DNA of 64,000 bases from Pristiophorus japonicus (lineage: Eukaryota), in the NCBI RefSeq assembly GCF_044704955.1, contig NC_092002.1, positions 26,908,001 through 26,972,000 of the forward strand. Reading direction: 5' to 3'. The notes under the pieces are model-generated. The model saw nothing but the letters and a program-made list of their open reading frames with translations, made no database searches and was not told where the DNA came from. Made by a program: the position numbers and the translations under genes. Shown here in pieces: positions 13,300 through 23,546 of this stretch (position 1 is its first letter; each line of letters opens with the position of its first letter).

Positions 13300-16290
13300 T
13301 CAGTACCCCTTTCCTGCTTTCTCTCCATACCCCTTGATCCCTTTAGCCGTAAGGGCCATATCGAGCTCCCTCTTGAATATATCCAATGAACTGGCATCAA
13401 CAACTCTCTGCGGCAGGGAATTCCACAGGTTAACAACTCTGAGTGAAGAAGTTTCTCCTCATCTCAATCCGAAATGGCCTACCCCTTATCCTAAGACTAT
13501 GTCCCCTGGTTCTGGACCTCCTCAACATCGGGAACGTTCTTCCCGCATCTAACCCGTCCCTTCCCGTCAGAATCTTATACGTTTCTACGAGATAACCCTC
13601 TCATCCTTCTAAACTCCAGTGAATAAAGGCTCAGTTGATCCAGTCTCTCCTCATATGACAATCCAGCCATCCCTGGAATTAGTCTGGTGAACCTTTGCTG
13701 CACTCCCTCAATAGCAAGAATGTCCTTCCTCAGATTAGTAGACCAAAACTGAACACAATATTCCAGGTGAGGCCTCACTAAGGCCCTGTACAACTGCAGT
13801 AAGACCTCCCTGCTCCTATACTCAAATACCCTAGCTATGAAGCCCAACATACCATTTGCCGCCTTCACCGCCTGTTGTACCTGCATGCCAACTTTCAGTG
13901 ACTGATGAACCATGACACCCAGGTTTCGTTGTACCTCCCCTTTTCCTAATCTGCCACCATTTAGATAATATTCTGCCTTCGTGTTTTTGCCCCCAAAATG
14001 GATAACCTCACATTTATGCACATTATTCTGCATCTGCCATGCATTTGCCCACTCACCTAACCTGTCCAACTCACCCCGCAGCCTCTTAGCATCCTCCTCA
14101 CAGCTCACACCACCACCCAGTTTAGTGTCATCTGCAAACTTGGAGATATTACATTCAATTCCTTCATCTAAATCGTTAATGTATATTGTAAAGAGCTGGA
14201 GTCCCAGCACTGAGCCCTGCGGCACTCCACTAGTCACTGCCTGCCATTCTGAAAACGATCCATTTATCTCGACTCTCTGCTTCCTTTCTGCCAACCAGTT
14301 CTCTATCCACTTCAGTACATTACCCCCAATACCATGTGCTTTGACTTTGCACACCAATCTCTGGTGCGGGACCTTGTCAAAAGCCTTTTGAAAGTCCAAA
14401 TACACCACATCCACTGGTTCTCCCTTGTCCACTCTGCTAGTTACATCCTCAAAAAATTCCAGAAGATTCATCAAGCATGATTTCCCTTTCATAAATCCAT
14501 GCTGACTTGGACCGATCCTGTCACTGATTTCCAAATGCACTGCTATTTCATCTTTAATGATTGATTCCAACATTTTCCCCACTACTGATGTCAGGCTAAC
14601 CGGTCTATAATTACCCGCTTTCTCTCTCCCTCCTTTTATAACAAGTGGTGTTACATTAGCTACCCTCCAGTCCATGGGAACTGATCCAGTGTCAATAGGC
14701 CGTTGGAAAATGATCACCAATGCATCTACTATTTCTAGGGCCACTTATTAAGTACTCTGGGATGCAGACTATAAGGCCCCGGGGATTTATCAGCCGTCAA
14801 TCCCATCAATTTCCCTAACACAATTTCCCGCCTAATAAGGATATCCCTCAGTTCCTCCTTCTCACTAAACTCACTGTCCCCGAGTACATTCGGAAGGTTA
14901 TTTGTGTCTTCCTTCGTGAAGACAGAACCAAAGTATTTGTTCAATTGGTCTGCCATTTCTTTGTTCCCCATTATAAATTCACCTGAATCCGACTGCAAGG
15001 GACCTACATTTGTCTTCACTAATCTTTTTCTCTTCACATATTTATAGAAGCTTTTGCAGTCAGTTTTTATGTTCCCTGCAAGCTTCCTCTCATACTCTAT
15101 TTCCCCTTCTTAATTAAACCCTTTGTCCTCCTCTGTTGAAGTCTAAATTTCTCCCAGTCCTCAGGTTTGTTACTTTTTCTAGCCAATTTATATGCCTCTT
15201 CCTTGGTTTTAACACTCTCCTTAATTTCTCTTGTTAGCCACGGTTGAGCCACCTTCCCCGTTTTATTTTTATTCCAGGCAGAGATGTACAATTGCTGAAG
15301 TTCATCCATGTGATCTTTAAATGTCTGCCATTGCTAATCCACCATCAACCCTTTAAGTATCATTTGCCAGTCTATTCTAGCCAATTCATGCCTCATACCA
15401 TCGAAGTTACCTTTCCTTAAGTTCAGGACCCTAATTTCCGAATTAACTGTGTCACTCTCCATCTTAATAAAGAATTCTACCATATTATGGTCACTCTTCC
15501 CCAAGGGGCCTCGCACAACAAGATTGCTAATTAATCCTCTCTCATTACACATCACCCAGTCTAGGATGGCCAGCTCTCTAGTTGGTTCCTCGACATATTG
15601 GTCAAGAAAACCATCCCTAATACACTCCAGGAAATCCTCCTCCACCGCATTGCTACCAGTTTGGTTAGCCCAATCAATATGTAGATTAAAGTCGCCCATG
15701 ATAACTGCTGTACCTTTATTGCACACATCCCTTATTTCCTGTTTGATGCTGTCCCCAACCTCACTACTACTATTTGGTGGTCTGTACACAACTCCCACTA
15801 GCGTTTTCTGCCCTTTGGTATTCCATAGCTCCACCCATACCGATTCCACATCATCCAAGCTAATGTCCCTCCTCACTATTGCATTAATTTCATCTTTAAC
15901 CAGCAACGCCAGCCCACCTCCTTTTCCTTTCTGTCTATCCTTCCTAATCGTTGAATACCCCTGGATGTTGAGTTCCCAGCCTTGGTCACCCTGGAGCCAT
16001 GTCCCCGTGATACCAGTTACATCGTATCCGTTAACTGCTATCTGCGCAGTTAATTCATCCACCTTATTCCGAATACTCCTCGCATTGAGGTACAGAGACT
16101 TCAGGCTTGTCTTTTTAACACACTTTGCCCCTTTAGAATTTTGCTGTAATGTGGCCCTTTTGCTTTTTGCCTTAGGTTTCTCTGCCCTCCACTTTTACTA
16201 TTCTCGTTTCTGTCTTTTGCTTCTGCCTCCATTTTATTTCCCTCTGTCTCCTTGCATAGGTTCCCATCCCCCTGCCATGTTAGTTTAACT
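13300..16290 (-). pseudogene. CR1-b ORF2 (APE + RT), frameshifted; start approximate
   Basis: ORF pieces 15334-16062 (APE: VYRPP, GDFN, SDH), 15097-15309, 14735-15037 and 13575-14744 (RT: QHGF, DFQKAFDKV, PQGSVLG, FADD). Confidence 0.95.
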
Positions 16291-17227
16291 CCTCCCCAAC
16301 AGCACTTGCAAACACTCCCCCTAAGACATTGGTTCCGGTCCTGCCCAGGTGCAGACTGTCCGGTTTGTACAGGTCCCTCTTCCCCCAGAACCGGTTCCAA
16401 TGTCCCAGGAATTTGAATCCCTCCCTTTTGCACCACTCCTCAAGCAACGTATTCATCTGCGCTATCCTGCGATTCCTACTCTGACTAGCACGTGGCACTG
16501 GTAGCAATCCTGAGATTACTACTTTTGAGGTCCTACTTTTTAATTTAGCTCCTAGCTCCCTAAATTCATCTCGTAGGACCTCATCCCAATTTTTACCTAT
16601 ATCATTGGTACCTATGTGCACCACGACAACTGGCTGTTCACCCTCCCTTTTCAGAATGCCCTGCACCCGCTCTGAGACATCCTTAACCCTTGCACCAGGG
16701 AGGCAACATACCATCCTGGAGTCTCGGTTGCAGCCGCAGAAACGCCTATCTATTCCCCTTACAATAGAATCCCCTACCACTATCGCTCTCCCACTCTTTT
16801 TCCTGTCCTCCTGTGCAGCAGAGCCACCCACAGTGCCATGAACTTGGCTGCTGCTGCCCTCCCCTGATGAGTCATCCCCCTCAACAGTACCCAAAGCGGT
16901 GTATCTGTTTTGCAGGTGGATGACCGCAGGGGACCCCTGCACTACCTTCCTTCCACTGCTCTTCCTGTTGGTCTTCCACTCCCTATCTGGCTGGGTACCC
17001 TTTACCTGCAGTGAGACCAACTCGCTAAACGTGCTATTCACATCATTCTCAGCATCGTGGATGCTCCAGAGTGAATCCACCCGTAGCTCCAGTGCCGCAA
17101 TGCGGTCTGTCAGGAGCTGCAGGCGGATACACTTCCCGCACACATAGTCGTCAGGGACACCGGAAGTGTCCCTGACTTCCCACATCGTACAGGAGGAGCA
17201 TAACATGTGTCCGAGCTCTCCTGCCAT
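16280..17227 (-). CDS. CR1-b ORF1p, intact 315 aa: zinc finger, leucine-zipper/coiled coil, SGNH esterase
   Basis: ATG to stop is open; CSSC...CGKC, LQLLTDRIAALELRVDSL heptads, VGDSIVR, HIGTND, PDSLHL. Confidence 0.9.
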   Translation of the reverse strand: MAGELGHMLCSSCTMWEVRDTSGVPDDYVCGKCIRLQLLTDRIAALELRVDSLWSIHDAENDVNSTFSELVSLQVKGTQPDREWKTNRKSSGRKVVQGSPAVIHLQNRYTALGTVEGDDSSGEGSSSQVHGTVGGSAAQEDRKKSGRAIVVGDSIVRGIDRRFCGCNRDSRMVCCLPGARVKDVSERVQGILKREGEQPVVVVHIGTNDIGKNWDEVLRDEFRELGAKLKSRTSKVVISGLLPVPRASQSRNRRIAQMNTLLEEWCKREGFKFLGHWNRFWGKRDLYKPDSLHLGRTGTNVLGGVFASAVGEELN

Positions 17228-17307
17228 GACTTAACCCTTACATTAACTTAATTTGGCAACAGCAAGGTTACTTACTGATAAAGAAAAGAAAAAGAAAAAC
17301 TACTCAC

Positions 17308-17348
17308 CAATCACCAGCCAATCACTTACCCCCTTGGCTGTGACGTCA
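17308..17348 (-). promoter_or_regulatory. Putative internal promoter core of CR1-b: CRE TGACGTCA plus two CCAAT boxes
   Basis: CCAATCA occurs twice, 12 bp apart, near a perfect TGACGTCA at 17341-17348; homologous to 2111-2155. Confidence 0.45.
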
Positions 17349-17402
17349 CCTTTCGATTTCTTTCTACTTCTTTTTTGCCTTCTCCCTGTAGCTGTACCGG
17401 CC

Positions 17403-18257
17403 CCGCCTCCTCGATCTCCCGCTCCGCCTCTCCGACCCCTTCTCGATCTCCCGTTCCGCCTCCTCGATTTCCCGCTCCGTCTCTCCGACCCCTCCTCGAT
17501 CTCCCGCTCCGCCTCCTCGATCTCCCGCTCCGTCTCTCCGACCCCTCCTCGATCTCCCGCTCCGCCTCCTCGATCTCCCGCTCCGCCTCCTCGATCTCCC
17601 GCTCCGCCTCTCCGACCCCTCCTCGATCTCCCGCTCCGCCTCTCCGACCCCTCCTCGATCTCCCGCTCCGCCTCTCCGACCCCTCCTCGATCTCCCGCTC
17701 CGCCTCTCCGACCCCTCCTCGACCTCCCGCTCCGCCTCTCCGACCCCTCCTCGATCTCCCGCTCCGCCTCTCCGACGCCTCACCAACATCCCGCTTCACC
17801 TCTCCGACCCCTCCTCGACCTCCCGCTCCACCTCTCCGACCCCTCCTCGACCTCCCGCTCCACCTCTCCGACCCCTCCTCGACCTCCCGCTCCGCCTCCT
17901 CGATCTCCCGCTCCGCCTCCTCGATCTCCCGCTCCACCTCTCCGACCCCTCCTCGATCTCCCGCTCCGCCTCTCCGACCCCTCCTCGACCTCCCGCTCCA
18001 CCTCTCCGACCCCTCCTCGATCTCCCGCTCCACCTCTCCGACCCCTCCTCGATCTCCCGCTCCGCCTCTCCGACCCCTCCTCGATCTCCCGCTCCACCTC
18101 TCCGACCCCTCCTCGATCTCCCGCTCCACCTCTCCGACCCCTCCTCGATCTCCCGCTCCACCTCTCCGACCCCTCCTCGATCTCCCGCTCCACCTCTCCG
18201 ACCCCTCCTCGACCTCCCTCTCCGACGCCTCACCAACATCCCGCTCCGCCTCCGACG
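17403..18257 (-). repeat. CpG-rich tandem array of 32-bp monomers (with 21-bp partial units) forming the 5' end of CR1-b
   Basis: + strand unit CCTCTCCGACCCCTCCTCGATCTCCCGCTCCG, period 32 checked at 17701/17733; lies inside the flanking direct repeats of CR1-b. Confidence 0.93.
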
Positions 18258-18260
18258 ATG

Positions 18261-18366
18261 CTATAGAGAGACACGTAGCCTATAGAGACACAGCTTATAG
18301 AGAGACATTGCGCCTATAGAGGGACACTGAGCCTATAGTGGGACACAGCCTATCGCGAGAGACACG
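18261..18366. repeat. Satellite A, block 3 (short spacer between CR1-b and CR1-c)
   Basis: About 5 degenerate units of GAGACACTGAGCCTATA. Confidence 0.9.
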
Positions 18367-20475
18367 TAGAAACATAGAAAATAGGTGCAGGAGTAGGCCA
18401 TTCGGCCCTTCGAGCCTGCACCACCATTCAATAAGATCATGGCTGATCATTCACCTCAGTACCCCTTTCCTGCTTTCTCTCCATACCCCTTGATCCCTTT
18501 AGCCGTAAGGGCCATATCTAACTCCCTCTTGAATATATCCAATGAACTGGCATCAACAACTCTCTGCGGCAGGTAATTCCACAGGTTAACAACTCTGAGT
18601 GAAGAAGTTTCTCCTCATCTCAGTCCTAAATGGCCTACCCCTTATCCTAAGACTGTGTCCCCTGGTTCTGGACTTCCCCAACATCGGGAACATTCTTCCT
18701 GCATCTAACCTGTCCAATCCCGTCAGAATTTTATATGTTTCTATGAGATCCCCTCTCATTCTTCTAAACTCCAGTGAATACAGGCCCAGTCGATCCAGTC
18801 TCTCCTCATATGTCAGTCCTGCCATCCCGGGAATCAGTCTGGTGAACCTACGCTGCACTCTCTCAATAGCAAGAACGTCCTTCCCCAGATTAGAAGACCA
18901 AAACTGAACATAATACTCCAGGTGAGTCCTCACTAATGGCCCTGTACATTTGCAGTAAGACCTCCCTGCTCCTATACTCAAATCCCCTCGCTATGAAGGC
19001 CAACATGCCATTTGCCTTCTTCACTGCCTGCTGTACCTGCATGCCAAATTTCAATGACTGATGTACCATGACACCCAGGTCTCGTTGCACCTCCCCTTTT
19101 ACTAATCAGTCGCCATTCAGATAATATTCTGCCTTCGTGTTTTTCCCCCCAAAGTGGATAACCTCACATTTATTCACATTATACTGCATCTGCCATGCGT
19201 TTGCCCACTCACCTAACCTATCCAAGTCACCCTGCAGCCTCTCAGCATCCTCCTCACAGCTCACACCACCACCCAGCTTAGTGTCATCTGCAAACTTGGA
19301 GATATTACACTCAATTCCTTCATCTAAATCGTTAATGTATATTGTAAAGAGCTGGGGTCCCAGCACTGAGCCCTGCGGCACTCCACTAGTCACTGCCTGC
19401 CATTCTGAAAAGGACCCGCTTATCCCGACTCTCTGCTTCCTGTCTGCCAACCAGTTCTCTATCCACGTCAATACATCACCCCCAATACCATGTGCTTTAA
19501 TTTTGCACTCCAGTCTCTTGTTTGGGACCATGTCAAAAGCCTTTTGAAAGTCCAAATATACCACATCCACTGGTTCTCCCTTGTCCACTCTACCAGTTAC
19601 ATCCTCAAAAAATTCTAGAAGATTTGTCAAGCAGGATTTCCCTTTCATAAATCCATGCTGACTTGGACCGATCCTGTCACTGCTTTCCAAATGCGCTGCT
19701 ATTACATCTTTAATAATTGATTCCAACATTTTCCCCACTACTGATGTCAGGCTAACCGGTCTATAATTACCCATTTTCTCTCTCCCTCCTTTCTTAAAAA
19801 GTGGTGTTACATTAGCTACCCTCCAGTCCATAGGAACTGATCCAGAGTCGATAGACTGTTGGAAAATGATCACCAATGCATCCACTATTTCTCGGGCTAC
19901 TTCCTTAAGTAGTCGGAGATGCAGACTATCAGGCCCCGGGGATTTATCGACCTTCAATCCCATCAATTTCTCGAACACAATTTCCCGCCTAATAAGGATT
20001 TCCTTCAGTTACTCCTCCTCACTAGACACTCGGTCCCCCAGTATTTTCAGAAGGTTATCTGTGTCTTCCTTCGTGAAGACAGAACCAAAGTTTTTGTTTA
20101 ACTGGTCTGCCATTTCTTTGTTCCCCATTATAAATTCACCTGAATCTGACTGCAAGGGACCTATGTTTGTTTTCACTAATCTTTTTCTCTTCACATGTCT
20201 ATAGAAGCGTTTGCATTCAGTTTTTATGTTCCCAGCAAGCTTCCTCTCATACTCTATTTTCCCCCTCCCAATTAAACACTTTGTCCTCCTCTGCTGTATT
20301 ACAAAATTCTCCTGTCTCAGGTTTGCTGCTTTTTCTGACCAATTTATATGCCTCTTCCTTGGTTTCAACACTTTCCTTAATTTCCCTTGTTGAGCCACCT
20401 TCCCCGTTTTATTTTTACTCCAGGCAAGGATGTACAATTGTTGAAGTTCATCCATGTGTTCTTTAAATGTTTGCC
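18367..20475 (-). mobile_element. CR1 LINE, 5'-truncated, same subfamily as CR1-b (CR1-c); RT pseudogene with complete 3'UTR
   Basis: Tail TAGAAACATAGAAA; RT ORF 19106-19978; colinear with 13283-15329; homology stops at TTGCC (20475). Confidence 0.95.
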
Positions 20476-21082
20476 TATAAAGGGAGCCACTGAGCCTATT
20501 GAGAGACACTGAACCTATAGAGAGATGCTGAGCCCTTAGAGAGACACAGAGCCTATAGAGAGAGACGTGGAGCGTATAGCGAGACACGGAGCCTATAGAG
20601 AGACACTGCGCCTATAGAGAGAGACACTGAGCTTATAGAGAGAGAGGGACACTGAACCTATCAAAAGAGACACTGAACCTATAGAGTGACACTGAGCCTA
20701 TAGAGAGACACTGAGCCTATAGAGAGACACTGAGCCTATAGAGAGACACTGAGCCTATAGAGAGACACTGAGCCTATAGAGAGAGAGAGACACTGAACCT
20801 ATCGAAAGAGACACTGAACCGATAGAGTGACACTGAGCGTCTTGAGAGACACAACCTATAGAGTGTCACTGAGCCTATAGAGAGAGACACTGAGCCTATA
20901 GAGAGAGACACGGAGCCTATAGAGAGAGACACTGAGCCTATAGAGAGAGACACGGAGCCTATAGAGAGACACTGAGCCTATAGTCACTCAGCCTATATAG
21001 AGAGACGCGGAGCCCATAGACATAGACACTGTGCCTATAGAGAAACACAACGTATAGAGAGAGACACTGAGCCTAGAGAGAG
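20473..21082. repeat. Satellite A, block 4
   Basis: Direct reading; several perfect 19-mers at about 20690-20780. Confidence 0.96.
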
Positions 21083-21089
21083 CCAACGG

Positions 21090-21130
21090 GCCGCACAGTC
21101 TGATGGGCTGAATGGCCTCCCTCTGTGCAG
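21090..21130 (+). mobile_element. Tiny remnant of a CR1/CR1-derived SINE 3' end
   Basis: GATGGGCTGAATGGCCTCCCTCTGTGC resembles the 3' stem-loop at 24198-24228 and the reverse complement of 23562-23590. Confidence 0.45.
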
Positions 21131-21300
21131 GAATGCCCTGTGGTGGGTGCTGCTGGTGTTGGGTATAATCCGCGTCCCGAGACTCAATGCCACCCGATGA
21201 GGAGCTGGTTAAGCGGGTACTGATTGCCGTGCAGGGCCTGGAGCTGCACGTTGACGTGTCCCTGAGTGGCTGTGGGGCTAATCGTGTGTTTCTGGCGCAG

Positions 21301-21505
21301 TGAGCAGATCAGCAAGCAACAATCTCAGATGGACCGTTTGTACGTGAGCCTGAAGGACCTCGCCGAGGAGCGGAAAGGCAAGCTCGAGCAACATTACTGG
21401 CTCTTCCAGCTCAACCGGGAGGTTGACGAACTGGAGCAGTGGATCGCACAACGAGAGGTTGTAGCGGGGTCGCCAGAACTGGGACAGGACTATGAGCACG
21501 TGACA
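21301..21505 (+). CDS. SPTBN4: Beta-spectrin internal exon (spectrin repeats), most similar to beta-IV spectrin; 205 nt, phase 2 to 0
   Basis: Acceptor TTCTGGCGCAG|, donor ACA|GTAAGT; peptide [68 protein letters not shown]; the YWL and GSPELG residues are as I recall for SPTBN4 rather than SPTBN1. Confidence 0.9.
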
Positions 21506-21829
21506 GTAAGTGAGGACCCCACTGATGTCAGCCATTGGATTGTGGAGTTGTGAGTCTGATATTAATGGGTGGGAGGGGGTTACGGGGGAGGGAGTGCTTA
21601 AACCCTAAAAAATGCAAAACGGGCCCCCCCCCCACTCGATGCGTACGTGTCAGCCGCTATTTCCAAGGGGTTTTCAGGTGTCCCGCTCTCACCAGACGGG
21701 ATGCTTCATTCACACAGTTAGATCGGGGCAATGGGGAGCTGCATTTAAATATAACCCCGGCCGGCAGGGCAGTGGGCACAAGGGACATGCCTTTCCCAGC
21801 ACAGCTCATGGGCCGGGAGGTGTGAGAGC

Positions 21830-22500
21830 CCCTGTGGCCCTCCCATCGCCCCCGCACCTCTCCACCCTCACCCCCCCTCCCCACCCCAGGTCTCTCAGTG
21901 AAACGTTCAGCCTTTCCCCTGTTAGTCACAGACATCCCCCAGCCCCGATGCCTCACTCCCCCTCCGCTCCACCCCCCACACTCACATCCCGCCCCCCCCC
22001 CCCCCCCCCCCGCAGATCCAATCTCTCACCCCCCCAATCTCAACGATCTCACCCCCACCCCCGAACTCTCTCCCCAGCCCTGATCTCTCTTCCCCCGATC
22101 CCGCCTCACCCCCCCCCCCCCGGCCCCGATCCCTGTCAGCCCCCACTCCAGCCCCAATATCTTACCCCTCTCCACCCCCCCCCTCGCCCCGATCCCTGGC
22201 AGCCCCCACTCCAGCCCCAATATCTTACCCCTCTCCACGCCCCCCCCTCGCCCCGATCCCTGGCAGCCACCCCACACCAGTCCCGATCTCCCTTCCCTGC
22301 CCAACCCCGATTCCTCTCAGCAAACCTCCCCCGCCCCTGTCCCCCCCCAACCCCCCCAGCCCCAATATCTCCCCCTCCCCACCCCGATCCCTGGCAGCCC
22401 CAATATCTCCCCCCCACTCCCCCCGCCCCGATCCCTCTCAGCCCCACCCACCCCACCCTAGCCCCGATATTTCCCCCCCACCCTTCTCGCCTCCCGCTGA
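21830..22500. repeat. C-rich low-complexity tract with an internal ~63-bp tandem duplication
   Basis: Long C runs; CCCCGATCCCTG(T/G)CAGCCCCCACTCCAGCCCCAATATCTTACCCCTCTCCAC repeated at about 22124 and 22187, with partial copies afterwards. Confidence 0.8.
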
Positions 22501-22950
22501 TTATTGGGCCGGATGTGTCCCAGGGGCTGAAGGGCTCCTTGTATCTGGGCCGACTTCTCCTGTCTCTTGTCCCATTGAGAGGAGCATGGGAAATACAGCA
22601 TGAAGGATTACCGCCAATGGCCCGTCACATTGAATGCTCTCGGTGCAGCCAATCTTCGGGTTGATTGGTGCTGGGGTGATAATCAGGCCTGCAGTGCGGA
22701 CCCCAGGGGTCGAGAGCTCGCCCATAGTGCACAGCCTGCTCTCGTACACGGAGATGCAGATCATAGTGTGGGACCCCCAGTTTGACTGGCAGCTAGCGGG
22801 CACTGCAGGCCGGGGCTCGGGGCTTGGGGTTTGGAATCCCGAAAGGGCAGCAAGGTAATCTGTGACCAAGGGTTAGCAAAAGAGCATTTGTGTACAGGGT
22901 TCGCAAAGGACTTCCCCTTGGTCAGCAGCACTCACGGTCTGTGGGTCTTA

Positions 22951-23240
22951 GGGTCTGTGGGGAGAGTGGGTCTGTGGGGAGAGTGGGTCTGTGGGAAGAG
23001 TGGGTCTGTGGGAAGAGTGGGTCTGTGGGAAGAGTGGGTCTGTGGGGAGAGTGGGTCTGTGGGGAGAGTGGGTCTGTGGGGAGAGTGGGTCTGTGGGGAG
23101 AGTGGGTCTGTGGGGAGAGTGGGTCTGTGGGGAGAGTGGGTCTGTGGGGAGAGTGGGTCTGTGGGGAGAGTGGGTCTGTGGGGAGAGGGTCTGTGGGGCA
23201 GTGGGTCTGGGGAGAGTGGGTCTGGGGAGAGTGGGTCTGT
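22951..23240 (+). repeat. 17-bp minisatellite (GGGTCTGTGGGGAGAGT)n, about 17 copies
   Basis: Direct reading; period 17. Confidence 0.96.
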
Positions 23241-23546
23241 GAGGCCTGACATTCAGGCCTCAGTATACTCAGTGCTGAACTACTGTGCGAGCAGAGGTTG
23301 GGAGAAATGTTGAGCCAGCACATTTTCCCAGATGGTCCCTTCAATGTGGTGTGTCGGGTGCGTGGATCTGGATTTGCTGGGACCTGTCTGACACGGGCAC
23401 GGAGGCAGCTGTGTGTGGTTGGGTGAAGAATGTAAAGCAGTGTGCACTCTTGAGACTGCTGTTTTAACGTCACTGACTGAACTTTGATCAGCACAGCTAC
23501 TGAATTCTTTCCCAGCTGCTCTCCTTTGGTGCTGACCTCCCAAGGT

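Larger units (their letters stand above)
13259..18260 (-). mobile_element. CR1-clade LINE, full length, with a tandem-repeat 5' end (CR1-b)
   Basis: Tail (TTTCTATG)n read as ATAGAAACATAGAAA on +; disrupted ORF2; intact ORF1; flanked by direct repeat CTATAGA (13257-13263 and 18261-18267). Confidence 0.95.

Noticed and set aside
17253-18319. Pro/Ser/Arg-rich and Glu/Arg-rich ORFs on both strands
   Set aside because: Produced by the stop-free 32-bp monomer array
4832-20466. Antisense ORFs over CR1 ORF2 (e.g. 4832-5440, 13981-14391, 15449-16288, 19137-19547)
   Set aside because: Shadow frames of RT/APE coding sequence
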